Below are positions 42,438 to 64,000 of a DNA stretch of 64,000 bases, in pieces; the first letter of the stretch is position 1, and every line of letters starts with the position of its first letter. Under the pieces are notes generated by a model. That model was not told the DNA's origin, searched no databases, and was given only the letters and a program-made list of their open reading frames with translations. This DNA comes from the human T2T-CHM13v2.0 reference genome, Homo sapiens. A program made the position numbers and the translations under genes. The DNA lies in NCBI RefSeq assembly GCF_009914755.1, contig NC_060935.1, one strand, 5' to 3'.

Positions 42438-42529
42438 CCGATCTCTCCATATAAGGACACTCACCCCATCATGAGGGCTCTTCCAAGAGCTCCTAAAGGG
42501 CGTCTTGGTCATTGAATGAGAGTTACAGA

Positions 42530-43200
<671 letters not shown>

Positions 43201-43581
43201 TTCACCAAGGCCTTCTTGGTCATTGCACCGACAGCTGGAGATCCGAGGTGTTGATCACTCAGCATCGCCTCCTCCACGGTCACCTGAGAACAGATTCCAG
43301 GACCCAGGGGAGGGTTGCGGCTAATGAGCAGAAGCTCGATGTCAGACTTCTGGATCATCGGACCCAGGGTCTCTGCCGGCCACTCTGAATTAAGCGCTCC
43401 TGTTCACAGGCAGATGGTGCAGACCGTGCCCCTGGGGCTCAGGCAGGTCCAGAGAGAGGAGAGAGCAGAGAGCAGGCCCCGGCCTTTTCTTGTAGTACTC
43501 TTGCCCCTCCGCCCCTCCGTCCCCCCGCCCCCACCACCTCCGGGTGCAGTCGGACTCCCGAGCTTCGCGCTTCGCATCGGA

Positions 43582-43593
43582 TAAATCACTGCA
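43582..43593 (+). promoter_or_regulatory. Perfect GFI1/GFI1B consensus TAAATCACTGCA in a small GC-rich island
   Basis: Exact match to TAAATCAC(A/T)GCA; occupancy untested. Confidence 0.4.
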
Positions 43594-45621
43594 CCTCTTG
43601 GGAGCTCAGGGAATGAGGGCCTGCGCAGCCGGGCCAAGGGCACCAGGACTTTGTGAGTGGGGAAGGGAGTGGGAATCCTTTCAACTATGGCTGAGGCATT
43701 TGCGGGAAACAGTTCATTCCCCAATCCCCCTCGCTATCCCCCACAACTACTGAGCTTCCTCTCCCTCCTCCCGGCACCCCCTCTCCCCTCCCCGCCTCCT
43801 TCTCTCTCTGGTTCCTTTGCACACACCAGTCTTCTGCCTACAGGCCCTTCCTCTCCATCCTGGCCTACGAGACTCCTGCGCACCCCTCAAGAATCTGCTC
43901 TGTCCGGCTCCGGGAAGTCTTGCCACACTTTCCAGTGGCTTAGGGGGCCCCTCCCTGTTCATCCCCCTCCCGCCTGTTCTTCCCCCTCCCTCTTCTTCCC
44001 CCTCCCTCCTGTCTCTGGCTCATTTCATGTAGTTCCCATTTGATTTCTTCTTGCACACCCTTTTCAGTTTATGTTCTCTTGCTGTATTTTATGAATGCTC
44101 ATTAAGCCACCTTAAATCCCATCTGGAATGACTTGGGAGGGGGCCAATGCTGCTGCCCTGTGACTCTTGAGAGTTTGATATAAGACGACCACAGCCGCCA
44201 GCTGCAGCCCACGTCCTGGGACTGGAAGATCTCATGATTAGCTCTCCTGGCTCTGCACCAGCTGCCTAAGAAACGTGAGCCTTCTCAAGCTGCCGCCATG
44301 AAATATCTGTCCATAAAGATGACTTTTATGGGGAGCCGTGCTGTGGTTCTGAAACGAGATTGACACCTTAGCTTGGTTCATGCATATAGCACTCCTGGGA
44401 ATTATGTGGAAGAAAGGTCTGGCCATGGGGCCGGGGTCGGGGGAGGCAGGCGAGGTGGAGGTGCCCAGGGTGTGAAAACTGAGGAAGTGATGACTCTCAG
44501 GCTGTGCCAGAGCTGGGTGGACACTGCCTGGCCCCACGTGATGTCCCCCAGTGTGTCCCCTCCCTGCCTCCTGCTGTCTCATCCCAGATGAAGGCTCTCA
44601 CTTCCACGCCAGGCTCTGCCTATCTCAGGATGAGACTGTCAACTCCGTCCACAGGAGATGCCACACGTGTTGTAAACAGATGTGACTGGCATAGAATATT
44701 CCCCAAGTCTGAGTTGTGTGGTTTTGAGTGACACATGTCCTGAATGGGACACTCCTATCCAATCCAGATCCTTCCATGCAGCCTCGCCTCCATGCCAGCA
44801 GATCTGCTGAGTTGTCTTTGCATTCTTGGTTTCCTATCTCCTGGATAGGATGGATGCCTGTCTGACACATGCATGTGTACACACACGCACACATGCACAC
44901 CCACCTCTGCAAAGCAAATACAAATACATGGGCTTAGGTGAATTGGAATCCATTCATTTGTCAGATATTTCTTAGGCATGTTCTCTATGCTGGGCACTGT
45001 CCCACACAATGAGGACATAGCAAGGAACAAAAAAGGGAAAAGTCCCACCCTCATGGAGCTTATATTTTGGGGTAGGAGTCAGTCCATAGATACAAGCCTA
45101 AGGAATAAAATATGCCATATGCTAGGCAAGACTACATCAAGGAAGGGGTGGGAGTGTTGGGATGGAGCTGAAACTTCAGGAAGGACCAGCCAAGGAGGCC
45201 TAAAGGCATGAGGAAGTGAGCAGTAAGCCCACAGATGTCAGGACAGGAGATCCAACAAAGAGCTGGGGGTAGCAGGTATGTGGGGGCAGCAGGAGGCCAG
45301 TGGGTGGCCAGAGAGAGAGAGAGAACCCAGGATCACAGTGGGGACAAGGTGGGGGAACACAGTGGCCTGGTGGGTTGTAGGAAGGACTTTGGCTTTGACC
45401 ACGATGCGATGCTGCTTGGGGAGGTTTAAAGCAGGGGCAGGGCGGGAGATGGGACCTGACTTTCGATTTAACAGGATCCCCCTGGCTGCCTCGAGGAACG
45501 CAGGCCTCTGAGGGTCGGAACTGGACTGGGAGGCTGGTCAGCAGGCTCCTGCTGTCCTCTGTTGGGAGGTGACAGTGGCTAAGACTGGCATGGAGGCAGC
45601 GAGGTGGTGGTAAGTGACAAA

Positions 45622-45960
<339 letters not shown>

Positions 45961-46074
45961 CTAGATTCTGGGTATATTTGTATATATTTTGAGTGCAAAG
46001 CTGATGGGATTGACTGACAGGTGGGATGTATGGGAGTGGGAGAGAAGCCAAGGAAGAGCCAAGGCTGATTAGTT

Positions 46075-47470
<1,396 letters not shown>

Positions 47471-47598
47471 AGCCAAGGGGCTTAACCTGAGCAACCAGAG
47501 GAAGGATGGAGCTGCAAAGAAGCAAGATGGGGAACGTGGAGGGAGAGGAGGTCGGTTTGACAGGCTGAGTTTGATGTCCCCAAATGGAGAGGTCCAAC

Positions 47599-48899
<1,301 letters not shown>

Positions 48900-49910
48900 C
48901 AACTGTAGTTGGCTGTGACTCAGGGGGTTCGGGGGAGGCCTGGGCTAGAGGTATGAACTTGGATGTGATCCACGAGGTGCAAGCGTGAGTCGGGCACACC
49001 CACAGTAGAGGCCGGCCCATGAGGAGGAAGATGGGGCAAGAGTGGGGAGAAGACCAGGTGCACGAGGCCCCTGGAGGCCCTGGAGGGAGTGTTTCAAAGA
49101 AGGGAGGGTGAGCACCTGGGTCCTATGCTCTGGTGATTGAGTACCACAGAGCTGACAGCTGACTTGGCAGAGCAAGGTGACCTTGACAAGGGCAGTTTGG
49201 GCTGCAAGCCTGCCTTGAGTGGGCTTTGCGAGAGGACAGGAAGTGTGTGAGTGGAAAGGGGAGAGACTGCTCTTCAGAGGCTTCGGGGCCTTTGCTGTCA
49301 AGGGAAGGAGGGAAATAAGATGGCATTTGAAAAAGGAGTGAGATGAAGAGAGTTTAAGATGTAAGCAGGGAGGACGCAGAGCTGACGGGATGCCTGACCG
49401 ATGCCCTGGAGCCTGGGGGAGGGGCAGATGTGCTGTGGGGGTGGAGGAAGTTCTTAGCTTAAAAGGATGCACCAGCTCTGAGGGGAGTGGGGGAGGAAGA
49501 TAGGGGTCTGAGGAGAGGGGAGGAGGTGGGAGGGGAGCGTGGGCCCAGGGGTGCAGCATGCTTGCCGGGAAGCGTTACAGTGGCCCATTTGAAGTTAGCT
49601 CAGGAATCGAGATGTTGAAAAGACAGCTGTGTCTTACGCACACATAATCTGCAGGGCACAGCTATGTAACCGTAAGGACAATTGTTTACATTTGTAAACG
49701 GAACCCTTTAACGCCGTGGAAAAGCCACTGTGCGCCTAATTCATTCTAGAAGGCCTGTGTGCTACATCTGCCTAACTCAGGGTTTCTAACCTGGGCTCCC
49801 CGAGGGCCTCAGGCATATTTTCAACACCTTCAATTCCCTTACAAGAATAGTTTTGGGAGTTTCATGTCACTGATAACTTAAATGCTTGATGCTGGTCCAC
49901 CCGGATGACT

Positions 49911-50378
49911 ACATATGAGTGCACATTGCCCCGTGGGTTCGTGATCACACGTGTCAGTGCACACTGCCATGTGGGTTGGTGGTCAGAGGTGTGAGTGCAC
50001 ACTGCCATGTGGGTTCATGGTCACAGTTGTGAGTGCACACTGCCATGTGGTTTCATGATCACAGGTGTGAGTGCACACTGCCATGTGGTTTCATGATCAC
50101 AGGTGTGAGTGCACACTGCCATGTGGGTTTGTGGTCACACAGGTGTGAGTGCACACTGCCATGTGGGTTTGTGGTCACACAGGTGTGAGTGCACACTGCC
50201 ATGAGGGTTCGTGGCCACAGGTGTGAGTGCACACTGCCATGTGGGTTTGTGGCCACAGGTGTGAGTGCACACTGCCATGTGGGTTCATGATCACAGGTGT
50301 GAGTGCACACTGCCATGTGGGTTCCTGGTCACACATGTGTGAGTGCACACTGCCACGTGGGTTCGTGGTCACAGGTGT
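49911..50378. repeat. Minisatellite, ~12 copies of a 38/40-bp unit GTGTGAGTGCACACTGCCATGTGGGTTCRTGGTCACAG
   Basis: GTGCAC at 49919, 49957, 49995, 50033, 50071, 50109, 50149, 50189, 50227, 50265, 50303, 50343. Confidence 0.96.
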
Positions 50379-50656
50379 TTGTGTTTGTCTCAGCAGAACA
50401 GAGGCAGGCTACCACGGACAGATGCATTCTGGCCATGGTTCCAATGGAGAACCCCGGTGGAACAACCCACCAAACCCACTGTGCCACTGCTGAGTAATGG
50501 GGGACTTAGTTTCAGCAAAATGACATCATCACTTATGTTAATTTAGTGCTGTTTGAATTTTACTGGTCGTTTGTTTTGTGTTTAATTTGTATTGGCTTAC
50601 AGTTCTGTAAGAACAACAATTATAGCTTTTGTGTTTATCTGTGTTTAAGTAAATTA

Positions 50657-52985
<2,329 letters not shown>

Positions 52986-54566
52986 AAAGAATAATTTAGA
53001 TAAACCCTGGGAAGGTGTTCATCAAGGTTTCCAAAATGCCAGGTGGTCCTGGTCTTAGTCAGGTGTCTGGATGGAGAATGCTGGTGCCCCAGCTCCTCCT
53101 CCTGTCTGTGCCCACACGCAGTGCTGGGCCGGACACTTGTCTGTCCTGAGGGGAATGTGCAGCCTCTGGGCCTCCCTGGAGAGAACAGGTGAAGGAATGC
53201 CTGGGGCTCTCTCTGTGCCCTCCTCGGGAGGAAACGGGACCCAGGCGATCTTGGACAGAAGCAGGGTCCCGAGCAGGGGATCACTAGCTGCTTCCGTCCG
53301 TCTCTCTTCGGCCCTCCTGTCTGCCAGCTGCACCTCTGCTCTCTTCCAAGGGGCAGCCCCCACCAGGGGCAGTTGTCCAGCTCTTGTGCCTGGGCCGGCA
53401 CTGGCAAGTTCATTTCCATGGGCATAAGCAGTCTCCATTCTGGCTTGGCAGCAATAAACCTGGCACTGGATGTTGTCCTGGTCCATACATATGTGCCAAT
53501 CGGTCCAGACTCCTAGAGCTCAACAAATGGTCCTGTGAGAGCCTGGCGCTGTGTGAGCCCGGGAAGGCAGTGCAGTGCAGTGGCCAGGTCATGTCACCCA
53601 GGCTAGGGCTTGGCCTTCTGGGGAGCACAGCGAGGGATGGCCTGCCCTAAGGAAGGCCCTCTCTGAGGTGGGGATGGTTTTCCAGGGTTCCCTGGGCTCC
53701 CAGGTGCTCCCTCCTCCCCTGTACCCCACTCTTCCATACCCCGGGGCTCATCCCTTCTCCACTTGGGTCCTTGTTCCACTGAAAATCTCCCCCTACCCTC
53801 CCATCTCATGGTTTTCTTCCTCCCCGCTGGCTCTGCCTTCCCTTCAACCAGCACCAATGCCAAAATCAGCACCAGGAGCTGCCATTCATATCGTCTCTAC
53901 CATATGCCCATTTGAATCCTTATTGACAAGCTTGTGACCTTTGTCAAATTAGTGACCTATCTGAGCCTCAGTTTCCTTTCCTGTAAAATGGGCACATTAA
54001 TACCTATTTTACAGATGGTTGTGAGATGGGTCGTGCCTGACACCATTTGGCGCTCAGCCAACTCTTGTTTGTTTCGTCGATTCTGCTGGGTTGCCTGGCA
54101 TTTTGATTTATCTTTAATTCATACCTTTGAATCTGCTGTAAACTTGGCAGCCACATCACCAAGCTCGTTAGATTGCAGGTTGGGAAGCCTAATTAGGTTC
54201 TAAGGAGGTTAGAAATCTGTCCTCAGGGACAAGTTCTCAAGCTTTAGAATGTGGACTCATGACGTCATTTTGGTCCCTGGAGGCATTCTTCTCTAGCTGT
54301 ATGTGGGAAGCTCTGTGTTCCAGGCTGTGAGGCTGCCAGGCAACAAAGTTTCCCAAGTCTCAAGGAGCCATGTTGTGAGTGTTTGACAGCCAGGTCTTGG
54401 AAAGGAAGGCCAACATGCCCTGGGCTGATCAGACTCCATCATGTTGACTCCTGGGAGGCACATTTTTGAGAAACAATTAGGAACCAGGAAGCATTCTGAG
54501 GAGGAAAGCCAGGATAAAGAAGACTCAGATAAAAAAGTCATCCCACCAGGTCTGGATGCAGTGTGA

Positions 54567-54960
54567 CTGTATCAGTCAGCTTTTGCTGGGTTATGCCAAG
54601 TAACAAACAGGTACCAAACTCAGTGGCTTATAATAATTATAATAAAAAGGGTTGTTCTTATTAATGTTGCACATTGCCTGCAGTAGGTGTGAGCCTGTTC
54701 TATGTTTTTTTCATTCTAGGATTCAGGCTGAAAGATCAGCTATGAAACTGCTGGTTTTGAGGCACAGGAAAAAGAGTGATGGCAGAACTGAGAAATGACT
54801 TTAAAGCCTCTGCTCAGAAGTGGCTTATATCCCTCTGTTCACATTTTATTGGCCACAGAGAATCACATGATCAAATATGTCTTCAGACTTGATGGGCTTA
54901 GGGAGATACCATGCTCCCACAGGGAGGGGTGGTAACTATTTGGCCAGCACAGAGTAGATA
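54567..54960 (-). mobile_element. Old MLT1 LTR fragment
   Basis: tgtatcagtcagcttttgctgggttatgc...ctcagtggctta. Confidence 0.55.
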
Positions 54961-55047
54961 CCAACAGTTATTAAACTGTTTGTTGAATGAATGAATAGAT
55001 GAATTCTCTGATCCTGGAAGGATTTAAATAAAGAATGGATGACCATT

Positions 55048-59311
<4,264 letters not shown>

Positions 59312-59329
59312 TCAGCAGACAGACCTGGT

Positions 59330-59590
59330 TAGACTCAGCTCTGCAAAACATGACCTGAGCTGCTGAGAGGCTACTTCAGCCTTTATTTATTCCACTCAGT
59401 GTGAATATTCATGCATCTCACTGTGAAAATACTAATATGTTTGATCGCAGCGTAGTGCCCCAGGCCCACTGGGGGCTGTTATATAATGCACAGTGTGTAT
59501 GCATCACATTCTCTTTCTAAAATGTGAAGAAATCAGATTTCTGAAACACATCTGGCCCCAGGGCTTTTTGAGAAAGTCAGTGGATCTATA
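59330..59590 (-). mobile_element. MER46C-like Tigger MITE
   Basis: gtgtgaatattcat...tctgaaacacatctggcccca. Confidence 0.65.
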
Positions 59591-59739
59591 AAAACACTAA
59601 CCCCAGGGGTGCTACAGAATTACACTAGAAAATATGTATCTGGTGCCAAGCACAGGCTTCGCACACAGTAGGTGCTCAATAATTGCAACCTGTTACTGTC
59701 TATTCACACCTTGATTTCTAGGAGATATACATGTATGGA

Positions 59740-62620
<2,881 letters not shown>

Positions 62621-62940
62621 GCCGGTGTACCATTTATATTTATTTGAAAGAGCTCCTTACACTCTAGCTGCTGATGGCTCCTCCTTGAATCTCTCTTCCT
62701 TTTGATTTTCATGATGTGCTTTCTTAATAGTCTTGTGACTTTGGCCTCATTAGAATGGGGACGATGAGAGGGCTCCCCCGTTGAGTGCTCGTCAGGGTCA
62801 GATGAGCGGTGCCTGGGACGTGTGGAATGTGGCGCCTGGCTCTGGGGAAGCATTAAGCGCCTGCTCGCTCTCGTCCTCACCCTCCCGGCTGCCTCCAGCT
62901 CTGGCTACTCACCCTCGGCCTCAGCAGCCATTCTTCAGGC

Positions 62941-63140
62941 CAGTGACTTTCAGCTGGGGATGATTTTACCTCCCTGGGGACTTCTGGCCATGTTTGGAGA
63001 CATCTTTGGTGTCACCACCAAGGGCATGCGATTGACTACCAGCAGGAAGAGCCCCAGACACTGCTAAACACCCCGCAATGCACACAGCATCCCCCCACAG
63101 CAAAGATTTATCTGGCGCTAAATGGTAGTGCTAAAGTCTC
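62941..63140 (+). mobile_element. MER20 hAT MITE
   Basis: gggatgattttacctccctgggga...tggagacatctttggtgtcac...ctgctaaacacc. Confidence 0.75.
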
Positions 63141-64000
63141 TATGGAAACAGCTCTCCATGATTGTTGTAGAAAGAGTAGAAAATATAGTTAAGCCAAAAA
63201 AAAGAAAGAAAGAAAAAAGAAAAAGAAGAAAAATCTCTTATAATCTTGCCACATTGAAAGAACTTCTGTTAGGAAGGAGTATTTTTTATTTTAGAAATAG
63301 GAATGTTTTGAGAATATTCTGGCTCCTTTGAGTTTCCTCCCAGCGATGTCACCTGCTCGTGGTGTGACACAATATGTGCGGTGCTGGTTCAGGTCTCGGC
63401 CAGTCTGTAGATGGTCTCTCCCTCCTTCTTGATGAAGAGCAGAGGCAGTCCCTAGAAGGTGGGCTTAGTCAGGTGAGGGTGAGCAGGGCCCCTGGTTTGT
63501 CTGTAGTGGCTTGGCGTCTTTCCATTGAACTCCGTGTGCATCTAGATGTGTGTGCACAAGGATGTCCCCGAGTCACCACCCAGCTGGAATGTAGACCAGT
63601 ACGTTCGATTCTGTAGCCTGGTTAGTTACGGGAAAGAATACAACTTGGGTTCATTTTGGCAGGCCCACTTGGGTTGCATTGTTTGATTATGTAGTAGGTC
63701 CCAAATGTTTTTCTGGGGCCAAGGGCAGCCCAGGCAGGGCACGTGCCCTTGCTGCAGCCAAACACAGACATCATTTGTCCCCTCAGCATTTGTCACACCT
63801 TGATCTCACATGTCTCCCTTGTAAAGCTCTGTCTCTTGTGTACTCAGGCGAGACCCGGGGCTCAGATGACATCTCCCGGAGGAGACACTGGCTTAGCCTG
63901 GGCTCTCCTTGGAAAGGTAGCAGATATAAGCTTCAGGCCTCTCCGTAAGAAATCAAACTTGCTCAAAATTGCTGTGCATTGCCGCATGTCGGTGTCAGAG

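Noticed and set aside
49911-50378. CRISPR-like array
   Set aside because: Head-to-tail units without unique spacers, human context and no cas genes: a minisatellite

Overview
Human (primate) genomic DNA, recognisable as the 3' half of RPS6KA4 (MSK2, 11q13.1) followed by about 58 kb of repeat-dense downstream sequence. The last eight coding exons lie on the + strand (2131-5482). They cover residues ~358-772: hydrophobic motif, C-terminal CaMK-like kinase domain and MAPK docking site. A 102-nt intron hosts the mirtron MIR1237 (2601-2702), and the 3'UTR ends near AATAAA at 6187. Downstream I found no credible protein-coding gene; the other ORFs derive from Alus, simple repeats or retroviral remnants. 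The region holds ~55 Alus, L1/L2/MIR pieces, DNA transposons and solo LTRs. It also holds a heavily interrupted ancient ERV-L provirus remnant (~31790-38267) in which PR, RT, RNase H, IN, dUTPase, PPT and the 3' LTR are still readable. Best leads: (1) a 12-copy 38-bp minisatellite whose unit carries overlapping bidirectional metal-response-element cores plus T-box/E-box/RUNX motifs; (2) the MIR1237 intron is also an open in-frame 34-aa insert; (3) a second mirtron-like 79-nt intron; (4) a CGCCTT repeat forms a polypyrimidine tract; (5) a local inverted duplication lies inside the ERV-L RT. Repeat subfamily names come from remembered consensus sequences, and repeat boundaries are approximate unless a TSD is given.
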